DNA from: a virus
Taxonomy: Duplodnaviria > Caudoviricetes
Length of the DNA: 42,945 nt
Direction: 5' to 3' (one strand)
IMG/VR virus record: IMGVR_UViG_3300020042_004234
Location: 1 to 42,945 of that record
Shown: positions 24,791 to 34,881 of the stretch, in pieces
Layout of the letters: each line of letters starts with the position of its first letter
How positions within the stretch are numbered: position 1 is the stretch's first letter
Notes under the pieces: generated by a model
Database searches by the model: none
The model's input: the letters and a program-made list of their open reading frames with translations, nothing else
What the model was told of the DNA's origin: nothing
Translations under genes and position numbers: made by a program

Positions 24791-25267
24791 ATGAATCAAG
24801 TAGAAAACTCTGTATTAAATAAAGTAACAGCCGTATTGAATAGCCTTAACCTCAAGTTCGCTATCATCGACAGCGATGGCAACAAGCATGGCGAACTTAA
24901 CATAGAGCAAGTCAAGAAGCTCAAGCGTCGCCGTTCCATCTATCCGTTAGGCGAACTGCGTGCACACATAATGCCTCACATGAAGAGCATTATGATTAAC
25001 ACAACCGCGCACATTCCTGTTGGCAATTACCAAGCCGAGGTAATTCGTGGGTCAGCCAGTTCGTATGCCACGCAGTTGTGGGGTGCGGGTAACTACAAGA
25101 CCCGTGTGACAGCAGACAAACGCTATGTTGAAGTGACACGCATGGATCCATCAGTAGCATCGTTCATGAAGAACGACCCTGTCGCAGATCTATTGTCAGG
25201 GTTAGATGATCTGCCTAAGCAACGTATAACGAGAGAGGTTTACTCTCGTAACGGAATGTCAAGTTAA
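24791..25267 (+). CDS. hypothetical protein
   Basis: AAGGAG RBS. Confidence 0.7.
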   Translation: MNQVENSVLNKVTAVLNSLNLKFAIIDSDGNKHGELNIEQVKKLKRRRSIYPLGELRAHIMPHMKSIMINTTAHIPVGNYQAEVIRGSASSYATQLWGAGNYKTRVTADKRYVEVTRMDPSVASFMKNDPVADLLSGLDDLPKQRITREVYSRNGMSS

Positions 25268-25297
25268 TTAAACCAACCAAACGAGGAGAAGTAAATC

Positions 25298-26170
25298 ATG
25301 ACACGCTATAACATTGATACATGCGCATTACTAGTAGAACTCAATGTATCCCAATGGACTGCACGCAAGCTAGATCGCTCGACTACTGACGAGTTGGTTA
25401 GTAACAAGCATGCACAGGCTAAGGGTGCGGCTCGGGTTAACAAGAACCTGTTCGCAGGGCGCAGTGAGTTAGAAGTAGTAGGTCAGCACGTTACAGAAAC
25501 ACGTAGCTATGTGTATGACAATACGTTACCTTGGAGTGATTCGGGTATACGACTATTGCCAAGTGCTAAGTTTATGGAATTTAATAGCAAGCTACAACAA
25601 GCAGAGGATAAGTTTCATGGGCTGGTTACTGAGTTCGTTACTGTATACCCATCGCTTATCACAGCGCAAGCTATGGCACTAGGTGATATGTTCAACCGCA
25701 ACGACTACCCACAACCCAACGACATTGAGCATCGGTTCAACTTCAACGTCAACTACATGCCTGTACCTGCATCGGGTGACTTTCGTGTAGATATTGGTAA
25801 TGATGCGCAAGAAGAACTGCGCAAGAAGTTGTCAAGCCTAGCCGATGAGCGTGTTGAGTATGCGATGAAGGACATCAAGACACGACTGATGGAGCACTTG
25901 AAGCGTATGTCTGACCGCCTGTCTGTTGACTATGTTAGTGGTGAGGCTAAGCCTCGCAAGTTCCACGACTCGTTGCTAGAAGGTGCGCATGACTTGTGTG
26001 ACTTGGCAGATAGCTTAAACATTGTGGGTGATGTACAGCTAAGCGATGCACGCAAGGCGTTAAAGAAAGCCATCGGCGGTATTGATGTGAAAGACTTACG
26101 CAAGGATGTGGGCGCACGTACCGATGTCAAGACGCAAGTCGATGACATCTTATCTAAGTTTAATTTCTAA
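25298..26170 (+). CDS. conserved helical phage protein (DUF3150-like)
   Basis: LVELNVSQWTARKLD, TLPW.D.G.RLLP, FN..DYP; GAGGAG RBS. Confidence 0.7.
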   Translation: MTRYNIDTCALLVELNVSQWTARKLDRSTTDELVSNKHAQAKGAARVNKNLFAGRSELEVVGQHVTETRSYVYDNTLPWSDSGIRLLPSAKFMEFNSKLQQAEDKFHGLVTEFVTVYPSLITAQAMALGDMFNRNDYPQPNDIEHRFNFNVNYMPVPASGDFRVDIGNDAQEELRKKLSSLADERVEYAMKDIKTRLMEHLKRMSDRLSVDYVSGEAKPRKFHDSLLEGAHDLCDLADSLNIVGDVQLSDARKALKKAIGGIDVKDLRKDVGARTDVKTQVDDILSKFNF

Positions 26171-26179
26171 GGGGGTTGT

Positions 26180-26410
26180 ATGAAAATAGTTGTGTACTTT
26201 GAAAACGGTAGGGCTTCTGAGGTAGTGGCACAGTTTGCTAGTGAAGAACTGTATGCCGCTTGCTTGCCATTACTAGAAGACTTTGCTGGTAAAGATGGGT
26301 ACATCGTAACCGAATCATGCCGTGAAGATGAGAAAGTTACTGATGACTTTGATTACGATGGTGATGAAGCAGAAGCACAAGCCATTGATGACGCATCATG
26401 GAGAGCTTAA
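26180..26410 (+). CDS. acidic hypothetical protein
   Basis: AAGGGGG RBS. Confidence 0.65.
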   Translation: MKIVVYFENGRASEVVAQFASEELYAACLPLLEDFAGKDGYIVTESCREDEKVTDDFDYDGDEAEAQAIDDASWRA

Positions 26411-26411
26411 T

Positions 26412-26702
26412 ATGAGTATATTAAAAGAAGCAAACACCATAATTTATGGTGATAGAGAAAAGACATATGGTAGTCCAGCTAAGAACTTGCAGACCATAGC
26501 TGCAATGTGGGACGCATACTTAAAAGCACGCAAGTATTCAGATGTAGTATCACCAAAAGATGTTGCCGCAATGATGGTGCTAGTTAAGGTAGCTAGGTTT
26601 GCCAACGACCCTGACCATAGAGATAACCTAGTAGACATGTGTGGCTATGCCGCATTGATTGAACGGTGTGATGAAGAACCAACTAAAGGAGAAGAAAAGT
26701 GA
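26412..26702 (+). CDS. DUF6378-like protein
   Basis: GDREKTYG.P..N...IA.MW..YL..DVA.MM.LVK.AR..H.DN.VD.CGYAA. Confidence 0.75.
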   Translation: MSILKEANTIIYGDREKTYGSPAKNLQTIAAMWDAYLKARKYSDVVSPKDVAAMMVLVKVARFANDPDHRDNLVDMCGYAALIERCDEEPTKGEEK

Positions 26703-26998
26703 ACGCATACGAAACGCAGATAGTGCGCAAAAAGCACAACGTATCTTGGAATGAAGAATACATAGTTGCTATGGTGCATCATAACGAAGGCATTAGCACG
26801 ATGCGTGTCCTCAACATAGCTAGTCTACAAAAGGTTATGTCGCCAGCCACAACGCACAAGTATTTATCACAAGCCGTTACCAAGAAGTTGCTTAATCACA
26901 AGCAAAACGAAGAGGACATGCGCAGTATGACCTTATCCCTAACCGCAAAGGGCGAACGTTTTTTAAAGGAGATTAAAGATGCCCATGTCAGAAAATGA
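26699..26998 (+). CDS. MarR-like winged-helix DNA-binding protein
   Basis: SPATTHKYL..KKLL..EDMRS..LSLTAKG. Confidence 0.7.
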   Translation: MNAYETQIVRKKHNVSWNEEYIVAMVHHNEGISTMRVLNIASLQKVMSPATTHKYLSQAVTKKLLNHKQNEEDMRSMTLSLTAKGERFLKEIKDAHVRK

Positions 26999-27197
26999 AG
27001 TTCTAGCAATGATGCGTGAGAATGCCGCTCTGTGTAACCTTGAAGCTGAGGTAATCATTGCGCTCAAAGCGTATCAAGCTAATGACCAACGAGTTCTCAA
27101 CCAACAACTTAATCTAATTGTTATCTGTCTGCAACGGCTTGATGACGTAAGGAGACGCTATGACCCCCGAAGCCAAAGTAAAGAAGAAAGTAGTTGA
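26979..27197 (+). CDS. hypothetical protein
   Basis: AAGGAG RBS. Confidence 0.6.
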   Translation: MPMSENEVLAMMRENAALCNLEAEVIIALKAYQANDQRVLNQQLNLIVICLQRLDDVRRRYDPRSQSKEESS

Positions 27198-27447
27198 TGT
27201 ACTTAAGAAAGGTGGTGCTTATTATTTTTTCCCTGCTACTGGTGGTTATGGGCGTAGTGGGGTTCCTGATATTGTTGGTTGTTATCGGGGTGTGTTCTTT
27301 GCTATTGAGTGTAAGGCAGGCACTAACAAACCTACTGCACTACAAGAAGCAGAGATGCACAAAATAAAAGAAGCCAATGGGCAGGTACTCGTTGTCAACG
27401 AAGACAATATATCTGACGTAACAATTTTATTGAGGGATATATCATGA
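27160..27447 (+). CDS. VRR-NUC domain nuclease (Holliday-junction-resolvase-like)
   Basis: PEAKVK, GVPD, FAIECK, PT.LQ. Confidence 0.85.
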   Translation: MTPEAKVKKKVVDVLKKGGAYYFFPATGGYGRSGVPDIVGCYRGVFFAIECKAGTNKPTALQEAEMHKIKEANGQVLVVNEDNISDVTILLRDIS

Positions 27448-27671
27448 GTAAGGAACAAGCGTACAACGAAATACTACAGCAACTAAATCTATGCACAGTA
27501 GAGAACGCTGTTCATTCAGCCGCAGTAATCATACTCAACAACAAAACAGAAACCGTCAGGGTCTATGGGTTGAATATGGACGAGAGTGAATTGCCAATGA
27601 TACTTGTTGAATCCGCCGCAAACATAAGTGAAACTATTTCCAACCTAATTAAGAACAGGACTATCCAATGA
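27444..27671 (+). CDS. hypothetical protein
   Basis: GAGGG RBS; ATGA coupling. Confidence 0.65.
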   Translation: MSKEQAYNEILQQLNLCTVENAVHSAAVIILNNKTETVRVYGLNMDESELPMILVESAANISETISNLIKNRTIQ

Positions 27672-27853
27672 AGCCAGCTAACTTTGAAACATATCAACCA
27701 AAACAAGATGAGTTCAAGATTGCACAATCACGCACCAACCCGTCGTACCACAAGGTATATGTACCAACACCACATCCATTTGTTGAACGCCTACAAGAGC
27801 ATCGCAGTATTCCAAGCAAGTGGACACCCGGCGTTGTTAGAAAGGGCAAGTGA
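27668..27853 (+). CDS. hypothetical protein
   Basis: coupled ORF. Confidence 0.55.
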   Translation: MKPANFETYQPKQDEFKIAQSRTNPSYHKVYVPTPHPFVERLQEHRSIPSKWTPGVVRKGK

Positions 27854-28053
27854 TGGAAATTACAGTGAAGGTAGTTAAAGAAAATAAAGATGGGTCAGCA
27901 GACGCCCTCATTCACTTTGATAAAGAAGGATTGGAGTTTTTAGTACAAGAAGGTGTATTAGTCATACTCAAACAGTTCATCGAGCAAAGCAAAAATGCGC
28001 AAGCTGGTATAAAAATGCGCAAGAAACTAACAACAAAAAAGGCTCAAAAATGA
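27850..28053 (+). CDS. hypothetical protein
   Basis: KENKDGSA motif; coupled ORF. Confidence 0.6.
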   Translation: MMEITVKVVKENKDGSADALIHFDKEGLEFLVQEGVLVILKQFIEQSKNAQAGIKMRKKLTTKKAQK

Positions 28054-28364
28054 GAAAGGTGAGCATACGAACAGTTGAAAATACTATTGGGTTGGCACGT
28101 AGTGTTGCTAATGGAACAACCAAATTTCCGTTTATGGGTTATTGCGCAGACCTGATGGAAAAGATGTTAGAAGAGATTAAAAAAGCAAGAAAGGCCCCTG
28201 ACTTTATTCCACTCTACACCCATCCAGCAAAGACATTAACAGATAAAGAAATGAAAGACCTTATCCAAGAATATTGGGGTGATGTGCATATTGTTGACCC
28301 TGATGGCTTTTTGCATGAAATTGCATTTATAAAAGCAATACTAAAAAAGGCACAAGAGAAATGA
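28050..28364 (+). CDS. hypothetical protein with PLYTHP..LTD.E module
   Basis: coupled ORF. Confidence 0.6.
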   Translation: MRKVSIRTVENTIGLARSVANGTTKFPFMGYCADLMEKMLEEIKKARKAPDFIPLYTHPAKTLTDKEMKDLIQEYWGDVHIVDPDGFLHEIAFIKAILKKAQEK

Positions 28365-30346
28365 GTGCACCATTTGACAAGATACTTGTCATTGACTTTG
28401 AGACGAGGTGGGATAGCAAAGAGTACACACTATCTAAGATGACGACAGAAGAGTACGTCAGAGACCCTCGCTTCAAAGCCTTTGGCTTGTGCTACAAAAC
28501 ACTAGACGCCGAGGAGGGCATCACATGGGTATCACACGATGAGTTACAAGACTGGGTTGATTCGATTGATTGGAGTCGGACAGCGGTGCTTGCGCACAAT
28601 GCTCAGTTCGATATTTCTATTCTTAGCTGGGTGTATGGGGCAAAGCCTTGCTTTATTTTTGACTCTCTATCTATGGCTCGTGCTCTTAGGGGTGTGGAAG
28701 TAGGCAACAGCCTAATGAAACTAGCTGAGGTATACGAGTTACCACCAAAAGGCAATGCAGTACACAGCACCAATGGGTTAACCGAACTTAGTTATGAGGT
28801 AGAGCAAGAGCTTGCTGAGTACTGTAAGCATGATGTGTTCTTGTGCGAGAAGATCTTTGAGCGCTTGATGTTGGAGGTTGATGGTGGCTTCCCTTTGAAA
28901 GAACTCAAGCTAATAGACATGACGCTCAAGATGTTTACTAACCCTATACTAGAACTAGACGAGGAGATGTTGAGTGAGGCGATTGAAGACGAAAGGCATA
29001 AAAGGGAAAGTCTTTTGAAGAAGATCGCCGTTGAAGAAACGGCGCTTGCAAGTAATGAAAAATTTGCAGAGGTTCTTACGGCACTTGGTATTGTCCCGCC
29101 GAGAAAAATTAGCAAAACAACTGGCAAAGAAGCGTACGCATTTGCAAAGAACGACGCCCTCTTCCAAGCCTTACTTAACAGCGACAACGAAGATGTTGCA
29201 CTACTTTGCGAAGCAAGGCTTAAAGTTAAGAGTACGTTGGAGCGTACAAGAGCGCAAAGATTTGTCGATATTGCAGAGCGTGGTACGCTCCCTGTACCGC
29301 TCAACTACTACGGCGCACACACAGGTCGTTGGTCAGCGTCCAAAGGTTCGGGGCTTAATTTACAAAACCTCAAGCGGGGGTCTTTCTTACGTAAAAGTAT
29401 TCAAGCGCCGGAAGGTTATACCCTTGTGGTCTGCGACCTTTCCCAAATTGAACCAAGGGTTCTTGCATACCTCAGCGATTATCAGCCACTACTCGAAATA
29501 TTTTCTTCGGGTAGGGATGCGTATGCGAGCTTCGGCGCACAAATGTTTGGTATTCCAAACCTTACGAAAGAAAGTCACCCCGATCTTAGGCAATCCGCCA
29601 AGTCTGCGCTACTAGGTTGTGGATATGGCATGGGCTGGGCTAGTTTCTCTGCACAACTACTTACTGGTTTCCTAGGTGCGCCACCTACCATGTACGACAA
29701 AGCGTTTGCCAAGCAGTTGGGTGTAAGTACTCAGGATGTGAACGACTTCATTGGTTGGGAAAAGAACATGGAGATGATGCGTGCCATACCGCACACCTGC
29801 TCCGAGAAAGAACTGCTGATACATTGCCTTGCCGCCAAGAAGATCATCGATAAGTACCGAGATGCCGCCAGCCCTGTGGTCGATCTATGGGAGCTGTGCA
29901 ACTCGTTGGTGAGTAATAGCCTGTATCAGGGTAAACCCTATGTATATAAATGCCTAACTTTTGACAAAGAGCGTATACTATTACCTAGTGGACTTGCTTT
30001 AAAGTACCCTGCTTTGACTGGAGAAGCCGATGTAAAAGGGCGTATTCAGTGGGTTTATGGCGTCGATGAAAAGTCTAAGCGCAAGCTGTATGGCGGTAAG
30101 ATAGTAGAAAACGTAGTACAAGCGGTAGCAAGATGTGTGATGACGGACGGCATGCTCAGGATACAAAAGAGGTATTCCTGCGTATTGACTGTGCACGATG
30201 AGGTTGTGTGCCTAGTACCCGAAGACGAAGCCAAAGAAGCTAAGCAATGGGTTTTGGAGCAGATGATTAAAGACCCCTCGTACATGCCCGGCATACCTTT
30301 AGATGCTGAAACAGGATGTAGCAAACGATATGGAGAAGCCAAATGA
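28361..30346 (+). CDS. polA: DNA polymerase family A with 3'-5' exonuclease
   Basis: DFET, AHNAQFD, YC..DV, TGRWS, NLQN, motif A DLSQIEPR, motif B RQSAKSALLGCGYG, motif C VHDE. Confidence 0.95.
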   Translation: MSAPFDKILVIDFETRWDSKEYTLSKMTTEEYVRDPRFKAFGLCYKTLDAEEGITWVSHDELQDWVDSIDWSRTAVLAHNAQFDISILSWVYGAKPCFIFDSLSMARALRGVEVGNSLMKLAEVYELPPKGNAVHSTNGLTELSYEVEQELAEYCKHDVFLCEKIFERLMLEVDGGFPLKELKLIDMTLKMFTNPILELDEEMLSEAIEDERHKRESLLKKIAVEETALASNEKFAEVLTALGIVPPRKISKTTGKEAYAFAKNDALFQALLNSDNEDVALLCEARLKVKSTLERTRAQRFVDIAERGTLPVPLNYYGAHTGRWSASKGSGLNLQNLKRGSFLRKSIQAPEGYTLVVCDLSQIEPRVLAYLSDYQPLLEIFSSGRDAYASFGAQMFGIPNLTKESHPDLRQSAKSALLGCGYGMGWASFSAQLLTGFLGAPPTMYDKAFAKQLGVSTQDVNDFIGWEKNMEMMRAIPHTCSEKELLIHCLAAKKIIDKYRDAASPVVDLWELCNSLVSNSLYQGKPYVYKCLTFDKERILLPSGLALKYPALTGEADVKGRIQWVYGVDEKSKRKLYGGKIVENVVQAVARCVMTDGMLRIQKRYSCVLTVHDEVVCLVPEDEAKEAKQWVLEQMIKDPSYMPGIPLDAETGCSKRYGEAK

Positions 30347-30648
30347 AGATACCAAAAGAAGTTGTCATAGGTAATACCCCCCACCAGATATGCACGAAAA
30401 AAAGTGTAGTCGTAGGTAACAAGATATGTCATGGGTCTTTTGACGAGAAAACCCACATCATTACCATAGCCAAAGGCAACCTACTCAGAGAGTATAAGTA
30501 CGACGCAGATGAGCAAGCTAATACCTTTTGGCACGAGCTTACCCACGCTATTCTTTATGATATGGGTTGCGCGCTAACGCACAACGAGAAGTTCGTTACT
30601 GAGTTTTCCAACCGCCTAGACCAAGCCATCAAGACTGCGAGATTCTGA
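30343..30648 (+). CDS. small zincin-like HExxH protein
   Basis: TFWHELTHAIL..E.FV. Confidence 0.7.
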   Translation: MKIPKEVVIGNTPHQICTKKSVVVGNKICHGSFDEKTHIITIAKGNLLREYKYDADEQANTFWHELTHAILYDMGCALTHNEKFVTEFSNRLDQAIKTARF

Positions 30649-31313
30649 TGACCAAAATCAAATGGAGCTACTCAGGTCTTAAAGACTACGAGGGCTGTGC
30701 AAGACGTTTCCACGAAGTCAAGGTACTGAAGAACTACCCGTTCACAGATACAGTCCACACCATATATGGCAAGCAAGTGCATGAGTCGGCTGAGCACTAC
30801 ATCAAAGACGGCACACCTTTACCCCCCGAACATGCCTTTATCCAACCAACCCTTGACGCTTTGAGTAAGAAGGTGGGTAGAAAATTAACCGAGCACGAGA
30901 TGGCATTAACTGAAGACTTACAGCCTTGTGCTTTTGATTCACCTGACGTATGGGTGCGTGGTATTGCTGACCTACTGATTGTGGATGACGATGGGTTTAA
31001 GGCTAGGGTAGTGGACTACAAAACAGGCAACAACAAATACCCTGACCAAGATCAACTAACCCTGATGTCTTTGATGGTGTTTGCCCACTTCCCCCACATA
31101 CGCCAAGTAAATTCCGCTCTACTGTTTGTTGTTAAGAACACGATGGTTACACAGACGATGACCGTAGAAGAGAAGGATTTTCATTGGCAGCTATACAGGG
31201 AGAGGGTAGCAAAACTGGCAGCATCCTACGATAATGACGTTTGGAACCCAACAAGTACACCGCTATGCGGATGGTGTCAAGTAAAGGGTTGCGAATTTAA
31301 CCCCAAGCACTAA
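30648..31313 (+). CDS. PD-(D/E)XK exonuclease, Cas4/RecB-like
   Basis: WSYS..C.R, G..VH, RGIAD, VDYKTG, C-terminal CGWC...C. Confidence 0.85.
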   Translation: MTKIKWSYSGLKDYEGCARRFHEVKVLKNYPFTDTVHTIYGKQVHESAEHYIKDGTPLPPEHAFIQPTLDALSKKVGRKLTEHEMALTEDLQPCAFDSPDVWVRGIADLLIVDDDGFKARVVDYKTGNNKYPDQDQLTLMSLMVFAHFPHIRQVNSALLFVVKNTMVTQTMTVEEKDFHWQLYRERVAKLAASYDNDVWNPTSTPLCGWCQVKGCEFNPKH

Positions 31314-31321
31314 GGACAATC

Positions 31322-31579
31322 ATGACTTACAAAAGAGACTACAAGCAAGAGTACGCAACATACGATGGCACAGAAGCAGTTAAGAAGAAACGTGCACAGC
31401 GCAACAAAGCACGACGTATGTTAGAGCGTGAAGGCGTAGTACACAAGGGCGATGGTTTAGATGTAGACCACAAGAAGCCACTAAGCAAGGGCGGTACAAC
31501 AACTCGCTCTAATCTTAAAGCCGTACCAGCTAGCAAGAACCGCTCATACAAACGAACATCCAAGGGGGCAATCAAGTAA
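31322..31579 (+). CDS. small HNH-like protein
   Basis: DVDHKKPLSKGG...SNL...NRS. Confidence 0.75.
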   Translation: MTYKRDYKQEYATYDGTEAVKKKRAQRNKARRMLEREGVVHKGDGLDVDHKKPLSKGGTTTRSNLKAVPASKNRSYKRTSKGAIK

Positions 31580-31941
31580 TGGGCATATCAGACGAGGATT
31601 ATGCAAGACAACTTGAAAAGTTAAAAAAAGAATCCGCAGTTGTACATGCGCAACAACAAACTTTTCAAGCAACAAACATAAACACAGGCGCATCCGCTAA
31701 AGCATCTCCGCCCCTAAAGATGAAAAACGATGATTTAGATCGTGAAGCATGCAAGGTTTCTATATCAACGTTGGTTGATATGTGGGTGCTACGTTGGCAG
31801 GACAAGTGGGTAACTGAAGACGAGATACGTAATGTCGAAGACTTTTGGCGCATTGCGTTTGTGCGTTTAGAAAACGTTAACAAGATAGAAAAACACACGC
31901 TTGGCGATTCATACGACAAGGTGTACAGGATTATTGAATAA
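31579..31941 (+). CDS. hypothetical protein
   Basis: TAATG coupling at both ends. Confidence 0.65.
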   Translation: MGISDEDYARQLEKLKKESAVVHAQQQTFQATNINTGASAKASPPLKMKNDDLDREACKVSISTLVDMWVLRWQDKWVTEDEIRNVEDFWRIAFVRLENVNKIEKHTLGDSYDKVYRIIE

Positions 31942-33500
31942 TGCAGATTATAGAAAATAAAGCGTTGCTGTTTAAGACACGCAACCCTGACAAGTACAGC
32001 GTTATACCAAGAAGCAAAGTAGTGAGCGAAGACAACGGCACGTTTGAAGTAGCCGTGTACTGGGGGTTGGACGAAGCTCGTGTGCTCCGCAACCTAGGTG
32101 TTAAGAACACACCATCACCTATTGAAGCCAAGTATAGTTGGCCCGGTCGCCATAGACCCTTTGCACATCAAATAGATACGTCGTCTTTCTTGACAATGAA
32201 CCGCAGAGCGTTTGTGTTTAACGACCCCGGTACTGGCAAGACGTTCTCAGCATTATGGGCGGCTGACTACCTGATGAAGCTAGGGCATGTACGTCGTTGT
32301 TTAATTCTGTGTCCGCTATCCATTATGCACGACGCTTGGGTGAGTAGTATTGGTAAGAGTGTTATTCATCGTTCGGTTGTTGCGGCACACCATACCCAAG
32401 CATCAAGACGTGTTGAGATGGTACAAGGCGACTACGAGTTTGTTGTGGTGAACTACGACGGCTTAAACCTAATTGCTGAAGAAGTTGTTGCCAACGGCAA
32501 GTTTGATTTGGTTATCGTAGACGAAGCTAACGCATACAAAAACCCTAGTACGAAACGCTGGAAGTCACTTAATAAAATTCTTAAACCCGAAACCATGTTG
32601 TGGATGATGACGGGCACACCTTCTGCACAATCACCTGTGGACGCCTATGGTTTGGCTAAGCTAGTGAACCCTTCAGGTGTACCGAAATTTGCTACTGCCT
32701 GGCGTGACAAGGTAATGAGCAAGCTAACCAAGTTTAAGTGGGTGCCAAAGTCAGGTGCGGCGCAAGCGGTATACGATGCCCTTCAGCCAGCAATACGTTA
32801 TACAAAAGAAGAGTGTACCGACCTACCCCCTGTACTTACCGAAACACGAGAAATTCCCCTTACACCTCAACAGGTTAAGTACTACCGCCTACTCAAAGAT
32901 CGCATGGTTATGCAGGCATCGGGTGAAACTATTACTGCGGTTAATGCGGCGGCTGGTGTATCAAAGTTGCTACAAATTTCAGCAGGTGCGGCATATACCG
33001 ATGACCATGAAGTTGTTGAGTTTGATTGTATGCCCCGTTTGAACGTACTACTTGAGGTGCTAGAAGAAACTAGCCGTAAGGTAATTGTGTTTGCGCCGTT
33101 CAGACACAGCATAGAAACTATACAAACTTACTTAATAAAACGTGGTATAGCAAGCGAAGTAATTCATGGGGATGTGACTGTTAATAAACGCACCGACATA
33201 TTTAAGCGCTTTCAAACTTTGCCTAACCCTCGCATACTGGTGGTGCAACCTCAAGCCGCCTCGCATGGTGTAACCCTAACAGCCGCCGATACTGTGGTGT
33301 TCTATGGTCCTGTAATGTCGGTAGAGACGTACTTACAATGTATTGCTCGAGCAGATCGTATTGGTCAGACATCCACCAATGTGACGGTAATACACTTACA
33401 AGGTAGTGATATAGAGAAGAAGATGTTTAAGCAGTTAGAGAAACGTGTTGCAGGGCACGACATACTCTTGAACCTATATAAGGAGGAAATTAATTTATAA
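31941..33500 (+). CDS. SNF2-family (SF2) helicase
   Basis: PGTGKT, VDEA, MTGTP, HGVTLT, Q..AR.DRIGQ. Confidence 0.9.
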   Translation: MQIIENKALLFKTRNPDKYSVIPRSKVVSEDNGTFEVAVYWGLDEARVLRNLGVKNTPSPIEAKYSWPGRHRPFAHQIDTSSFLTMNRRAFVFNDPGTGKTFSALWAADYLMKLGHVRRCLILCPLSIMHDAWVSSIGKSVIHRSVVAAHHTQASRRVEMVQGDYEFVVVNYDGLNLIAEEVVANGKFDLVIVDEANAYKNPSTKRWKSLNKILKPETMLWMMTGTPSAQSPVDAYGLAKLVNPSGVPKFATAWRDKVMSKLTKFKWVPKSGAAQAVYDALQPAIRYTKEECTDLPPVLTETREIPLTPQQVKYYRLLKDRMVMQASGETITAVNAAAGVSKLLQISAGAAYTDDHEVVEFDCMPRLNVLLEVLEETSRKVIVFAPFRHSIETIQTYLIKRGIASEVIHGDVTVNKRTDIFKRFQTLPNPRILVVQPQAASHGVTLTAADTVVFYGPVMSVETYLQCIARADRIGQTSTNVTVIHLQGSDIEKKMFKQLEKRVAGHDILLNLYKEEINL

Positions 33501-33567
33501 GGAAAACCCTATGTCGGGGTACTAATTGACTTTACTGATGTATAATATTTTACAAAGGAGCATAAAA

Positions 33568-33978
33568 ATGCCAAACGAAGAGGATGTAATACCGCTAGAT
33601 AAACTAGCAAGGGTGTATCGCAAGATATACTCAAAAGTTCAAGAGCTGACCAAGGAGTACGAGAGTCAGATCGAAGAACTCAAAGTGAAGCAAGACGAAA
33701 TTAAGAACGCCATGAAAGATCAAATGTTGGCATTGGGCAGTAGCTCGGTGCGCACAGATGAAGGCACTATTATTTTGTCACAAAAGACACGCTACTACAC
33801 AGACGATTGGGATTCATTCAAGACGTTTGTCATGGAGCATGATGCACTAGACCTATTCGAAAAGCGTATAGCGCAGAAAAATATGTCTATGTTTTTAGAG
33901 GAGAACCCCGGCATGGTGCCAGCCGGTCTCAATTCGATGTCCGAGTATGCAGTAACTGTACGTAAACCAACCAAATAA
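33568..33978 (+). CDS. conserved coiled-coil phage protein upstream of SSB
   Basis: AAGGAG RBS before ATG 33568; DWDSF..FV..LFEKRI..P.GLN. Confidence 0.7.
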   Translation: MPNEEDVIPLDKLARVYRKIYSKVQELTKEYESQIEELKVKQDEIKNAMKDQMLALGSSSVRTDEGTIILSQKTRYYTDDWDSFKTFVMEHDALDLFEKRIAQKNMSMFLEENPGMVPAGLNSMSEYAVTVRKPTK

Positions 33979-33988
33979 GGAATGTATT

Positions 33989-34873
33989 ATGGGCGAACTA
34001 GCCAACTTTAACACAACACAAGCACCCGCCTTTGCACGCAAAGGGGAATTATCAACATTAGCTAAGAGCCTCGCAGGAGGTGGCGGTGGTGGTGGTGGCA
34101 AACGTATCTCTATCAAGGGCGGTGTATTCCGTTTGATGGCTGACGGCAAAGAGATTACCTCTATTGACGATCGTCACCTTGATGTTGTTATCGTTAATGC
34201 CGCACCAAAGATCAGCCGTACATACTACGCTGGCACATACGAAGAAGGTAACACTTCAGCACCTAATTGCTGGTCTGCTGACGGCGAAACACCTGATGCG
34301 TCTATTGATACACCACAAGCATCAAACTGTGCATCATGCCCAATGAATGTTAAGGGCTCAGGTCAGGGCGAGTCCAAGGCTTGCCGTTTCTCACAACGAC
34401 TTGCTGTAGTACTAGCCAACGATATTCAAGGCGACGTAATGCAGTTAACCTTAGCGGCTACATCGATCTTTGGTAAAGAAGAAGGCGACAAACGCCCACT
34501 ACAAGCCTATGCTCGTTATTTAGCGGCACAGAACATTAATCCTGAGACACTTGTAACACGTCTACGTTTTGATACAAAAGCCGCAGTACCCAAGTTGTTT
34601 TTCCAACCACTACGTTGGTTAGAGGATGATGAGTATGCAGTAGCAGTAGACAAGGGTGCTTCAACTCCAGCCAAAAACGCCGTGACAATGAGCGTAGCTA
34701 AAAAAGCTGATGCTCCATTAGCAATCGAAGGGGCTAAGCCAAAAGCTAAAGCCGAAGAAGCGGAGTCATTTGACGAGCCTGAGAAGCGCAAGCCAGCCGC
34801 TAAAGCAAGCGCAGTACCACAGAAGAAAGCCGGTAGCTTAGCCGCTACAGTCGACGAGTGGGATGACGAGTAA
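33989..34873 (+). CDS. putative single-stranded DNA-binding/annealing protein
   Basis: RISIKGG.F, Cys cluster (C..C.SCP.N..GS..KAC), acidic tail DEWDDE; replication module. Confidence 0.6.
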   Translation: MGELANFNTTQAPAFARKGELSTLAKSLAGGGGGGGGKRISIKGGVFRLMADGKEITSIDDRHLDVVIVNAAPKISRTYYAGTYEEGNTSAPNCWSADGETPDASIDTPQASNCASCPMNVKGSGQGESKACRFSQRLAVVLANDIQGDVMQLTLAATSIFGKEEGDKRPLQAYARYLAAQNINPETLVTRLRFDTKAAVPKLFFQPLRWLEDDEYAVAVDKGASTPAKNAVTMSVAKKADAPLAIEGAKPKAKAEEAESFDEPEKRKPAAKASAVPQKKAGSLAATVDEWDDE

Positions 34874-34881
34874 GCACACAA

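Noticed and set aside
26806-26814. Fifth palindrome copy (TGTCCTCAA)
   Set aside because: Only the right half-site is present; compatible with chance
30648-31313. Cas4-like gene as part of a CRISPR system
   Set aside because: It sits in the replication module between polA and the helicase, with no cas1/cas2 or array; ordinary phage exonuclease
33526-33546. TTGACT...TATAAT as a sigma70 promoter, and TTG start at 33526
   Set aside because: Only 9 nt between the boxes; the RBS supports ATG 33568 instead, though the -10 alone could still function
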